Below are positions 26,233-38,589 of a stretch of 64,000 nt of DNA, piece by piece. Made by a program: the position numbers and the translations under genes. Each line of letters begins with the position of its first letter. Positions within the stretch are counted from its first letter, which is position 1. Origin of the DNA: Octopus vulgaris (lineage: Eukaryota); assembly GCA_951406725.2 (NCBI GenBank), contig OX597816.1, forward strand, positions 57,164,001-57,228,000, written 5' to 3'. The notes under the pieces are model-generated. The model was not told the origin of the DNA, searched no databases, and was given only the letters and a program-made list of their open reading frames with translations.

Positions 26233-27469
26233 ACCAGCTGCTAGTTATGATAATAACTGAGGGAGAGAGAGACCCAGAGGGGAGACGGTCGACTGAGTTT
26301 AGATCGTTAGCAGATATCTCACAGTCTTCACCAGTGCTAATGGCGCCAGTTTCCGGTAAATACTTGGAACGTTTAGGATGAAAGAAAATTATAAATTAAC
26401 CTGAAATTAGTCATATTTTTAAGATCTATTTTAATCGTGCGCATACTTTAGTGGCCGTACTTAGGGAAGTATCTTGTTTCGGTTTGAAACTGAAACCGTA
26501 GGAATAACTGAAGAAAACTAATACAAATATGTTGGTACAAATGTGAAGTTTTTACTGAAAGCATATGTAAGGTGAATAGTTCGATCCCCACTGCTGAGAG
26601 AAATTGAAACCTAAACGCGGTTGCACGAGTTGTTCAAATCTCGGTGGAATGATCAAATTCCCCTCAAACCATATCGTGCAGAATTATAAAATGCATTCAA
26701 GGATTTAGTGAGATTTACACTGTTTCTGGATAAAATAAAACGAGATGGTCATGGTTTGAATACCTTTGAACGTAACTCTACTCAATCAGGGCTAACGTAG
26801 GGCTACGAAACAACAGTAGCAGCAGCAGCCGTCCAAGAATTTGGACCTGGAGATCTCCATTTCCAGCAACTTCGAGGGCCACCTCCCAGTGGTGTCGGGC
26901 GTCAACGGAGAGCCCTCGACTACAAGTCACCAAAGTTTCTTTTTTTTTCCAAGGTCTGGGGTCTCCTACCCCTAAGCCCCAGACCATCACCTAATCACCC
27001 TTACCCGTCTTGTTGCTTAACAACAACAACAGCAGCAGCAGAAATAGCAACAACATATCGATAAAAAAATAAGATGAAAGATGAACGAAGTGACGTTTGA
27101 ATATCGTTTCTGTTATTCTTTTATTGTTATTCATTTAGTGGTTGCAGTCGTAGGACTGCGGCCTTGCAGGAAAACCGTCTTAAGATATAAATAAGGGAAT
27201 TGAAATTATGAGAATAACAAATGAATACAACTAAGATACATTTAACTGTCAGTGGTAATAACATTGAAAGAATCTGTGGAAGACAAAGAACCACACTAAC
27301 ACTGATTGCGCTCACCAAACCGAGAAATAATATAGAAAGATAAGACCATCCTTATGAACAATAAAATCAGACCCCAGCGTGCACTGATGCTTCTATCTTT
27401 CTGTCGGCATGCGAGACATGACTAGCACGGCAGGATTCAGACGGGCATTAAAAATAAAATGCGACCGCA

Positions 27470-27760
27470 TCATGTTAAACATTTTGTATTTGGAGCCATG
27501 AATATGTGGATTTGCAAAAGCATTGGTTCTCATGAAGATATTTTCACAAAAGGGAAGAAAATTGAAGCTGGTCTGGCCATAGAACAAAATCCAACAACGT
27601 TGCGAAAGGACATTCTTCTACAAGAAACCGTGGAGCGAAAAGAAGTAGAGGATGACAGACAAAAAGAAAAGTTAGACAACGTCAAGAAATGAAGGAACAA
27701 ATTGTTTGCGGAGACCCGAGCTGGCGTACAACCGTGCGAGAGAGACAGAGTGGAAACTAG
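27470..27760 (+). mobile_element. RTE-type LINE C-terminal remnant
   Basis: IGSHEDIFTKGKK...WSGH...ILLQETVERK...RG...KLDNVKK resembles the RTE WYGH...ILQGTVEGKRRRGR...DNIK segment. Confidence 0.65.
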
Positions 27761-27914
27761 TAACCAATTTGTTACTTCAGTATCTCTATAACTCAATTGA
27801 AAGTTGTGGGCAAGACATGAGGGTAATGTGCGGCCATACAAGACCGCTGATCCATTCGTACTTTCGTGCATCTCAATAATTTCGAATTTATACCACAAGA
27901 GGATGAGTCGATTA

Positions 27915-28070
27915 CATAGACACCAGTGTTCGACTAGCATTTGTTTTATCAACCCAGAAAGGACGAAAAGCAAAGTCGACCGCGGCGGAATTTAAACTCA
28001 GAAGGTAACGGCAGACGAAATACGGCTACGCATTTCGCCCGGCGTGCTAACGTTTCTGCCAGCTCGCCGC
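27915..28070 (-). mobile_element. SINE family A
   Basis: gcaaagtcgacc...cgcccggcgtgctaacgtttctgccagctcgccgc. Confidence 0.85.
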
Positions 28071-28084
28071 TTTGTGTATACTCT

Positions 28085-28297
28085 TTCTCTTTTACTTGTT
28101 TCAGTCATTTGAGTGTGGCCATGCTGGAGCACCGCCTTTAGTCGAGCAACTCGACCCCGGGACTTATTCTTTAGTAAGCCCAGTACTTATTCTATCGGTC
28201 ACTTTTGCCGAACCGCTAAGTAACGGGGACATAAACACACCAGCATCGGTTGTCAAGCAATGCTAGGGGGACAAACACAGATACACAAACACACACA

Positions 28298-28336
<39 letters not shown>

Positions 28337-28905
28337 TAGCAGTATCGCCCGGCGTTGCTCAGGTTTGTAAGGGAAATAACTATAAAGCATTTTTAGAGAG
28401 TTATAGCCAAAAAATATCAAAAAAATGGAAAAAAAATTATGGTAAATTTTTTTGAGGGTTAAAAAAGGTGGAGTTGCGTCCCCTAGACGGTCTGTGGTTT
28501 GGGTTTCAGATTCTCGACCCCATGTCGAATTTATTCGATTTTTTTCAGAACTGGGGGAACTTTTCAAAATTTTCGCTGCGTTAGTTTTGAATTATGACAT
28601 TGGGCTATGTGTGTGTCAAGTTTCATCAGAATCGGTTGAAAGCCGTGGTCAGAGTGAGGGTACGAGAAAACAGACACACAGTAAACGCACAGACAAACTG
28701 CCGTTTATATAGAGATATATATATATATATATACATATATATGACGGGCTTCTTTCAGTTTCCATCTACCAAATCCACTCACAAGGCCTTGGTCGGCCCG
28801 AGGCTATGGTAGAAGACACTTGCCCAAGGTGCCACGCAGTGGGACTGAACCCGGAACCATGTGGTTGGTAAACAAGCTGCTTACCACCCAGCCACTCCTG
28901 CGCCT
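28085..28905 (-). mobile_element. SINE family B, full length, split by a Helitron inserted in its internal (TA)n
   Basis: The tail at 28085-28300 and the head at 28740-28905 are collinear with the copy at 38087-38480. Confidence 0.9.
28336..28715 (-). mobile_element. Complete non-autonomous Helitron
   Basis: Minus strand starts TCTCTATATAAACGGCAG and ends cctgagcaacgccgggcgatactgCTAG. The last ~110 bp match 11040-11164. Confidence 0.9.
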
Positions 28906-29354
28906 ATATCTCTATAATAACACAAGTTAATCTTGTTGCTGAAAGATGAAGCTGATGTTCCTTATGTACTGCAGAAAAAAACATTTAAAAGATTCCTCGT
29001 GAATCTTCTACAATAAGCTTATATATAAAATAAACTATATAAAGATGAAGTTAGCGGATGAGATCATATCAATGTTATAACAGTAGGATATATTTCAGGG
29101 TTTTGATGAGGTTTAGCTTGAAGGTTTACTGTTAAAATCCCTAGTATAAGTTGAGTCAACCGGAGAGTTCCCATAGGGTCAAACAAACTGCAAGAAATAG
29201 CAACCGAATTGTTACTATTTTAACAAGAAGGATACACTAGATAATGTAATCCTAGATAAACTATGACTGAAAAACATCTGTAGTAACAACCATTTTTTTT
29301 ATCTTGATGTTTTTTTTTATCCGTGCAGAGCTAAAATGAGACTAAACAGCAACA

Positions 29355-29420
<66 letters not shown>

Positions 29421-29422
<2 letters not shown>

Positions 29423-29640
29423 GGCAGCGAGCTGGCAGAATAGTTAGCACACTGGACGAAATGCTCAACGGTAGAGCGCCCGTCGCTACGCTCTGAATTC
29501 AAATTCCGCCAAGGTCTACTTTGCCTTTCATTCTTTCGGGGTCGAATTAAGTAAGTACCACTGAAACATTGGGGTCGATGTAATCGACTAGTCCCCTTCC
29601 CCCAAAATTTTAGACCTTGTGCCTTTAGTAGAAAGGGTCA
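29421..29640 (+). mobile_element. SINE family A (tail type B)
   Basis: Consensus match following (TTA)n. Tail reads aatcgactagtccccttcccccaaaatttt...ccttgtgcc. Confidence 0.85.
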
Positions 29641-30188
29641 TTGTTTTCATTATCACCTTTCAATTCTGTTTCCATTTCTTGCCGAGTGTCTTCCTGACAC
29701 CTCGGACAGATTATTATTATTATTACCATTATTATTATTATTATCATTATTATTATTATTACTCCTACTACTACCACTACTACTACTTCTTAATGAACAA
29801 TGTGTTTTGTTTTTCCTTCCCAATGAAAAGTTAGAGAGGGGGAAATAAAAGGTGAAATTTCCTTTCGTTTATAAAGAATTTCTTTACAGATTTATAAAAA
29901 TTGGAATAGGTAAGGTCGTACATACCTTTGCCTTGTTTTTTGTTGTTGTTGTTTTTTGCATCTTCAACATCGTCCCCATCAACGTCGTCGTCATCATCGT
30001 CATCATTACCACCACCATCACCACTGCCATCGTCAGCGGCACGGCAGCAGCATTACTTTTGTTTGTTTCTTCAGTTATGTATTTATTTACATTTATATAT
30101 TGTTTATACTTTTGTATGTATGTGTGTGTGCATGTGTGTACGTAATATAATTATCTATATATGTATATACATACACACGCACACACTC

Positions 30189-30250
<62 letters not shown>

Positions 30251-30277
30251 ATGTGTGTATGTATGTATGTATGTATG

Positions 30278-30323
<46 letters not shown>

Positions 30324-30453
30324 CATACATACATACCACTATATACACGTATGCTTATATACACCTCTGTATACATATGATCCTTTGTACATATAATGGA
30401 AAACAAACTGACAGAAAAGTTGAAAGATCCCATTAATTTATGATTAGGGATGG

Positions 30454-30556
30454 TTCTCTCTCTCTCTCTCTCTCACTGTCTTTCTCTCTATCTCTCTCTC
30501 TCACTGTCTCTCTCTCTCTCTATCTCTCTTTCTTTCTCTCTCTCTCTCTCTCTCTC

Positions 30557-30650
<94 letters not shown>
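30454..30650. repeat. (CT)n/(CA)n microsatellite
   Basis: Visible array. Confidence 0.95.
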
Positions 30651-30651
<1 letters not shown>

Positions 30652-30931
30652 TGCGCGCACACAGATGGAGCGGTGAGACCCTTTAAGGAACAGCACTATT
30701 GACCCAGATTGTATCTCCGCTATTGTTACCCTGGTCCCTGCCGAACCCAACAACAAGTAACCAAACACCAGAAGACTAGATTAGATGTGTTTCTTACATT
30801 ATAAACGTCGCTGGTGCCTTATTCTTATTTTTGTTGTTGTGGCTATTGTTATTGCTATTATTATTATTATTATTATTACCATTATTATTATTATTATTTA
30901 TTATATTATTATTATTATTATTATTATTACT

Positions 30932-31712
30932 AAGTCGGTGAGCTGGTAGAAACGTTAGCACGCCGGGCGAAATGCTCAGCGGTATTTCGTCTGCCGCTAC
31001 GTTCTGAGTTCAAATTCCGCCGAGGTCGACTTTGCCTTTCATCCTTTCGGGGTCGATAAATTAAGTACCAGTTACGCACTGGGGTCGATATAATCGACTT
31101 AATCCGTTTGTCTGTCCTTCTTTGTCCCCTCTGTGTTTAGCCCCTTGTTGGTAGTAAAGAAATATGTATTTTGACCGCTGCTACGTTCTGAGTTCAAATT
31201 CCGCCGAGGTCGACTTTGCCTTTCACCCTTTCGGGGTCGATAAATCAAGTATCAGTTAAGCACTGGGGTCGATATAATCGACTTGCCCCGCCCCCGAACT
31301 TGCTGGCCTTGTGCCAAAATTCGAAATAATTATTATCATTACTATTATTGTTGTTGTTAAGGCGACAAGCTGACTGGAACGTTAGCACGCCGGGCAAAAT
31401 GCTTGGCTGCGTTTCGTCTGCGTCAGTTCAAATTCCGGTGAGGTCAAATTCCGGGGTCGGGTCGTTAAATTAAATACCAGTCGAACACAGAGATCGATGC
31501 AATTAATGAGTCCTCTACCCCAAAATTTCAAGCCTTGTGCCCTTAGTATTTCTTTATTGCCCACAGGGGGCTTAACATAGAGAAGACAAACAAGGACAGA
31601 CAGAGGGTTTAAGTCAATTACATCGACCGCAGTGCGTAACTGGTACTTATTTAATCGATCCCGAAAGGATGAAAAACAAAGTCGACCTCGGCGGAATTTG
31701 AACTCAGAACGT
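30932..31712. mobile_element. Cluster of SINE family A copies: + dimer 30932-31325, + copy 31360-31545, - copy 31546-31712
   Basis: Repeated ttctgagttcaaattccgccgaggtcgactttgcctttca and its reverse complement. Confidence 0.9.
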
Positions 31713-31718
31713 AAAGGA

Positions 31719-32099
31719 TTATTACCTCCTCCTTAGCGAAGACGGAGGTATTGTTTTCAGTTGTGTTTGTTTGTTTTTTTGTCTGTGGACAAGATATCTC
31801 AAGAACTGCTGGATGGATTCGGATGAAACTTTCAGGAATGTTTGGCCTTATGACTGGCACGAACTGATTAGATTTTGGGATCGATCCAGAACAGGATAAG
31901 AATTCTGGATTATTTTTCTTGTTTTTTTTTTTTTTTTTTTTCTTAATTTTCAAGAGCAGTCGTGTTCATTTTTAGTATTCTCGTTTGTGAGAGCAGTCGA
32001 GTTTATTCAGATATTCTCATTTTAAAAATCATCTCTGGCTAATCGTTGAGAGGACGCTGGTGTTGCCTTGGCAGTGGATGCGCTCTCTGAGTGCTCTTA
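31719..32099 (+). mobile_element. Helentron-associated (HINE/DINE-like) non-autonomous element
   Basis: Starts ttattacctcc...ggaggtattgttttc, contains a gtttgtctgt microsatellite and gatgaaactttcagga, and ends with hairpin gcgctc-tct-gagtgc in a T-rich site. Confidence 0.7.
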
Positions 32100-32117
32100 T
32101 TATTATTATTATTATCG

Positions 32118-32210
32118 CTTTACTTCTCAGAACGTTCGGTCCTGTTTGTTCTGGTAGATTCTGTGAAAGCAGAGAGCAACCTGCTGTCAGAGGTTTCAAG
32201 GGTCTCTTTC
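32118..32210 (-). mobile_element. 3' UTR tip of the R4-type element seen at 43228-43610
   Basis: cgttcggtc(c/t)tgtttg(t/c)tctggtagattctgtg...cctgctgtcagaggt is shared. Embedded in (TTA)n. Confidence 0.7.
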
Positions 32211-32266
32211 ATTATTATTATTATTATTACTATTATTATTATTAATTATTATCATTATTATTATTA

Positions 32267-32314
<48 letters not shown>

Positions 32315-32364
32315 AATAATATTATTATTATCATTATTATTATTATTACTATTCGTAGTAGTAC

Positions 32365-32405
<41 letters not shown>

Positions 32406-32539
32406 CTGTTGCTGTGTGTAGTGTTATAGATGGAGGTAAATTGTATTTCATACTTATTTTCGTGTGTGTATATATGTGTATATACGCTTTGCCTTATTAA
32501 TGCCATTGTGTATGTCTTATGAGCATAACACATACTTCA

Positions 32540-32587
<48 letters not shown>

Positions 32588-32948
32588 TTATATGTGTGTG
32601 TGTATTTATATACACATTGTTATATATTTATTTTTATCTTGACATGAAGAACTAAGAGGTTCAGCCTTCTGTTCATTTATCGTTTTTTTTAGTGAATGCT
32701 AGGATGAGACGAAATAGGTTAAAACTAAATTAATATCAACATCATCATCATCATCATCAACAACAACAACAGCATCAATTTGAAGCTAAATAATAAAAAT
32801 AAACGGAATCCAAAAGAAAGATGGAAGAATAACAACAATAAATATAAATAATGGAAGAATCCATTGGAGTGACGGCAATAAACTGATAGATGTTGTTTTA
32901 GTGGATGTCGTTATAAAGGTGTGTGTATTAAGAGAGAACAGCACAGTG

Positions 32949-32979
<31 letters not shown>

Positions 32980-33143
32980 TTATAAATATATGGTAGGGGA
33001 AATGTCGGGCTTAAGGTGAGGTGAATGCATTGAAGGTTTTCAATATGCCCATTGAACATACGAACACATCATAAGGCGCATTTGTGTATGTGCGTGAGCT
33101 GTCGCGTATATGAACATATGAAAATATTTTCATGCATATGTAT

Positions 33144-33198
<55 letters not shown>

Positions 33199-33648
33199 AT
33201 GAAAAAACAAACCAATAAATTGAACAATTATAAATTCAATTCAATTTAAATATTTTATACAAACAAATGAAACTTCATTAATAAAACGAAGTTTTCGAAG
33301 AATGATCAAATCCATTTAAATATGTAATGATGCTTAATCAGATTAACATACCTTCTTAATTATTTAATATCCTTTAGGTGTAGTTTACACCTAGCTAACT
33401 GTTATATGAACACACATACATGTATATACATAAATATATATATATGAACATATGACTATATATATGAATATATGTGTGAGTATATATATATATATATATA
33501 TATTCTGTATTTATTGTATAAACTACCCGTCGATGAAGAGCACCAATAATGTCGAAGCTTTTCTAAAGTGCTAACTACGGCTACAAAATATCAAATACTC
33601 CTCTTTCTCATCCCCTCTTTCTCACTCCCTCTTTCTCACTCCTTTTTT

Positions 33649-33703
<55 letters not shown>

Positions 33704-34254
33704 TCCACTGCCTGAGCATTTCGAATTTCCTCACCGCTAATGACTTTTCCTCGTTAGAGTTTTAATTTAAATTAATTAAAAATTATTTTCGGCTCACCGT
33801 CTCAACCCTCACTCAGCTTCCTCTCTATCTAAATGTGTGTGTGTGTGCGCGCAGCGATATCTGTGTGTGTGTGTGTGTGTATGCGTGTGTGCATGCACAT
33901 GTCTGTGTGTATGAGTGTGTGTGTGTGTGCGTGCACATGTCTGTATGTATCAGTGTGTATGTGTGCGTGTGCGTGCGCACGTCTGTCTGTATGAGTGTGT
34001 GTGTGTGTGTGCGTGTACGCGCACATGTGTGTGTATGAGTGCGTATGTGAGTGTGTGTGTGTGTGTGTTTAAAAATATATATCTTCCCGTGTATTTCTTT
34101 CCATCGCAGACACAAGACTTTCAAAGGATTTTTGACAAATAGCAACAGGGCAGTTACGTACGTATGTCGGCGGAGGCGGCTCCTACACGGTTCCGCCTAT
34201 TTCTTTCCTCTTTGTAGTACCATGAGAACAGATGAGTATATATATATATATATA

Positions 34255-34475
34255 TATTGGGTCATCCTATAAATAATGCGGTTTTTTCAATTGCATGCAA
34301 TAAAAGTCGGAGGGGGGCGGGATAAACTACCTGCATCAACTTGCTATAAAAGCAGGTAGTAATTTTACCTTGTGCTTATTCTTAGTGCAAATTTTGAAGA
34401 GTACACTTCGATTATAAGTTATTTTTTCAAAGCTATAATGGAAGGAACAAAGGACAATATTCGGCATATTTTATT
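34255..34475 (+). mobile_element. Mariner 5' end (terminal inverted repeat, UTR, start of ORF)
   Basis: TA-ttgggtcatcctataaataatgcgg...ATG-EGTKDNIRHILF. Same family as 10075-10515. Confidence 0.8.
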
Positions 34476-34868
34476 TGAAGAGTGAGAGGATAATGGGGAA
34501 AAAAGGGAGAGAAAGATGAAGGAGAAGTGGGCTGCAATAGATTGTGTGCAGTGCATGCACCAGTGAAATATAAAAATGATATAAACGTAAGCTTTAAACA
34601 AAAATCGAAAAGGAAGTTTTAACGCTGAAAAGGGAGGGAAAGAGTGTTAACGCTTCGGACCTGTTGTCTTTAATATTCTTCATAAACAGACAGACGGACA
34701 GAAAATAAGCCTTCAAAGGATTATATAGTTTGATTCATTAATTGGAGTATTTGCAGCATCATCTCAATTTAACCAAGACAAAATATATGAAGAAAAATAA
34801 ACATTCATCCTAGCTAAAATTTCGAAGTTAATCTATTTTAGTCAAACACGCTACATAATCATCAAATA

Positions 34869-34960
34869 CAAAGGAATCTCGGTTCGTTACTCGAGACTCT
34901 ATTCATCACCCGAGACGTTTTATGTTTAAAAAAGATTGTTCGTAAACCGAGATCCCACTG
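34869..34960. mobile_element. Tigger/pogo-like miniature element
   Basis: TA-caaaggaatctcggtt...aaccgagatcccactg-TA imperfect terminal inverted repeats (TIRs). Confidence 0.6.
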
Positions 34961-35482
34961 TATTGTATTTAATCTTTTAAAAATTTGGAACAATTCCATC
35001 GTATAAGGCCCCGAAATTATAGTTTTTCTACTAAAAGATCCTCTTAGTTGAGTTTATAAAATAGGAAAGCCACAGCAATCCTTGCCTACAGTATTTAAAA
35101 TCTTTGTAAACGACAAAACTTTTTTTCTCTTCCTTATTAAAACGTCTGTATCGTTGACAAAGAGTTGCGGGAAGTAATTATCTGACTATTTGTTGGTGAT
35201 ACATAATAGTTTTAGGTTTGGAATAATGAAGTGACAAAGAGAGAAGCCATTACACAATGCCTGCATAATTATTGACCTATATAGATACTAAATAAACTAA
35301 TTAGTGTAACCTAGATCTTACAATAATAACTAACAACAACAATAAGATACAATGGAAGCGTCCAGACGACATCTCTCGCGCCCACACACACAGGCGCTCG
35401 GTTTGTACGCAGAGGGTCCAGCGGTTGAATGTGTGTATGTGTGTGTACATATATGAGTATGTGTGTGTACATATATGAGTAC

Positions 35483-35528
<46 letters not shown>

Positions 35529-35670
35529 GGGAAGGAAGGAAGGGAGGAAACCAAACCAAACCAAAGTGCTTAATCATAAACACTAAAGAGACTGCGTAGC
35601 TAAAGATACGGTCTTCATAATTGAACACTGGAATACATTAAACCTTTATTTTAATTTCAATTGTCGTTGT

Positions 35671-36073
35671 AAGGCGACGAGCTGGCAGAATCGTTAGCAC
35701 GCCGGGCGAAATGCTTAGTGGTATTTCGTCTGCCGTTACATTCTGAGTTCAAATTCCGCCGAGGTCGACTTTGCCTTTCATCCTTTCGGGGTCAATAAAT
35801 TAACTACCAGTTGCGCACTGGGGTCGATGTAATCGGCTTAATCTGTTTGTGTCTCCTTGATTGTCCTCTCTGTGTTTAGCCTCTTGTGGGTAGTAAAGAA
35901 ATGGAAATAGGTATTTCGTCTGTCTTTACATTCTGAGTTCAAATTCCGCCAATGTCGACTTTGCCTTTCATCCTTTCGGGGTCAATAAATTAAATACCAG
36001 TTGCGTACTAGGGTCGATCTAATCGACTGATCCCCCATCCCTCAAAATTTCGAGCCAAAAATAGAAAAGAATA
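35671..36073 (+). mobile_element. SINE family A dimer (tail A then tail B)
   Basis: 14-bp TSD tcaattgtcgttgt at 35657-35670 and 36074-36087. Confidence 0.92.
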
Positions 36074-36419
36074 TCAATTGTCGTTGTTGTTGCTATTGTT
36101 TAGTGCCAGGTCAGTTCTGACCCAGTGGAAGTATAATAAAAGGCGTTCCAACCATGATCATACCACTTTTTCTTATGTAGAGTATATCTTCCCCAACGTT
36201 ATCCAATGAGCTCTTCCATTATTAACACTGTATCTGGATAGATTTTGCTACTATTTCTAGCAGGTCGAACCACCATCTATAGCTGAAATTAAGAAATGTT
36301 TATCTCGTGGGCCTTGAAGTGTCACGAAGACGAAAACATTTACTTTTGAAATGTATGTTAAAATGTAAAATAATCATAAATATGTTATACAGTAAAGCAA
36401 AAGGGCCACAACATCACAT

Positions 36420-36622
36420 TTTGGCACAAGGCCAACAAGTTCGGCAGAGGGGTAAGTCGTTAGCTTCGACCCCAGTTTTCAGCTGGTATCTATTTGCTCG
36501 ATCACGAACGGAGGAAAATCAAAGTCTGCCTCAGCGGAATACGAACTCTGAACGAACCGACGGACGAAATACCGCTAAATATTTTGTCCGGCATTCTAAC
36601 GATTCGGCCAGTTCGCCGCCTT
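36420..36622 (-). mobile_element. SINE family A, diverged
   Basis: gacgaaataccgctaa...ctaacgattcggccagttcgccgcctt. Confidence 0.75.
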
Positions 36623-37177
36623 ATAACACCCCATTTATCACAGACACAAACCGAAATACGTTTCTCCAAGAAGATGAACAAACTTTTGAGAGTGTTTAAT
36701 TATTTTGGAATTGTTCTTTCTCATGTTTTACTTGTTTCAGTTATTTGCCTGCGGCCATGCTGGGGCACCACCTTCTATGTTTTGTCTTTTTTTTAAGCGG
36801 TATTTATTCTATCTGTGCTTTTTGTTGAACTGTTAAGTTACAAGGGTAGAAAACCAACACCAGTTGTCAAGCGAAGGGGCTTCCACACAGTTTTCGTCTA
36901 TCAAATTCATAACAAGGCATTGGGACAGAAGACATTTTCCCAACGTGCAGCCCAAAGTAACTGAATCCGAAAGCCCTTGTGCCATACTTGACGAGATTTC
37001 AATATTTTAATAAATAGGTACCAGAGAGGATTCTTGAATTGTCAAAAATGGGTTGGCAGTGGTAAAAGATTGCCTTTTGATGGTTGGAACGTTGTATTGT
37101 AAAATGGAAAGATATCTCCATTGATAAAAAATATATATGAAACTTTATCAAAATATATATCAAAACTTAATGTAAAG

Positions 37178-37455
37178 CCTTCAGATCATAATCTTCTTTA
37201 GTCGATCTTCGGTAATCTACGAGACAATTCGTTCTGCAACGACTTGGAGCTAAACACGTGGATCGATGAATTCTTCGAGTGCAAGACCCAATGATTTCGA
37301 ATATGAAGACATTCAAGACATTGACCAAGTTGGTGGAATGTTGGCAGCAAATTATGAATAGTGAAGGAGAAAATATTATTGACTGATTTTGTTAAAATTG
37401 TTAATGAAAGGTAAGGATAAAAATAAATGAGAAAAAAATTTAGCTCCCAACCATA
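37178..37455 (+). mobile_element. Mariner 3' end (C-terminus plus TIR region)
   Basis: PSDHNLL*S...WIDEFFECK...KLVECWQQIMNSEGENIID*, the mariner PSDYHLF...W...GxY pattern. Confidence 0.75.
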
Positions 37456-37910
37456 TATATAGTTAAAATTTATAGAAAAACACAACAGGTGAAGGAACAA
37501 GCGAGTATATAAGTCTGACGCTCAGAAGAATGGAGAGGTCTTCTACACAAACAAACGTAAACACATGCGTAAGTAGATAAACATACATAGACACACACAC
37601 ACATATGTGTGTGTATGTATGTGTGTGCGTATATATATATATATATCGGAGCAATACACTTAATTGCAATGGCTCTTCAGATAAGACACGAAAATACGAC
37701 AGGGTGCCCACGTGACATGAATATGATTAAACATCTTTGCTTACAATCCAATAGTTAAACTAAGTCATTGTTCATTATTCATAGTAAGTCGCAGCGAAAT
37801 CAGACAACCTTTCCTTTCGAGATATTTTGTTTCGGCCACATAGGAATGAAAATGTCAAGAAGATTTAGCGTACGACCCAATAAATTAGATACTGAAATTT
37901 TACAAACCGA

Positions 37911-37962
<52 letters not shown>

Positions 37963-37985
37963 ACTTTTACAAGAAAAAAGGGACA

Positions 37986-38025
37986 GTGTCTGACGTTTCG
38001 GCTTGCTAACTTTCATCAGACTCTC
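37986..38025 (-). ncRNA. Minimal PLE-type hammerhead-like motif, stems degenerate
   Basis: Minus strand gagagt-CTGATGA-aagttagcaagcc-GAAAC-GTC-agacac. The core and GUC site are intact, but stems I and II are imperfect. Confidence 0.55.
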
Positions 38026-38086
38026 CGACAAAGGCTAATATTTTTTTAAGTACTCTCATCACTGTTCTTGTTAAAGTTTAATAAAC

Positions 38087-38480
38087 ATGTAGGAGTGGCT
38101 GTGTGGTAAGTATCTTGCTTACCAACCATATGCTTCCGGGTTCAGTCCCACTGGCACCTTGGGCAAGTGTCTTGTAGTATAGCCTCGGGCCGACCAAAGC
38201 TTTCTGAGTTGATTTGGTAGACGGAAACCGAAACAAGCCCGTCGTATATATGTATGTATATGTATGTGTGTATATATGTTTGTGTGTCTGTTTGTCCCCG
38301 CCAACATCGTTTGACAACCGATACTGGTATGTTTACGTTCCCGTAACTTAGCGGTTCGGCAAAAGGGACCGATAGAATAAGTACTAGGCTTACAAAGAAT
38401 AAGTCCTGCGGTCGATTTGCTCGACTAAAGGCGTTGCTCCAGCATGGCCGCAGTCAAATAACTGAAACAAGTAAAAGAAA
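38087..38480 (+). mobile_element. SINE family B, full length
   Basis: tRNA-like head (gtggctgtgtggtaag, gggttcagtccc), CORE-like caccttgggcaagtgtctt, internal (TA/TG)n and tail ...ctgaaacaagtaaaaga. Candidate TSD aaagttt at 38073-38079 and 38478-38484. Confidence 0.92.
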
Positions 38481-38589
38481 GTTTGTACTCTACTAAAAAG
38501 TACTGAGTAATTCTTCAGTTTAACATAAAATTGTTTTTATTATAACTCGACATAAAACAGTTATATATGCGTGTGTGTGTGAGCGTATG

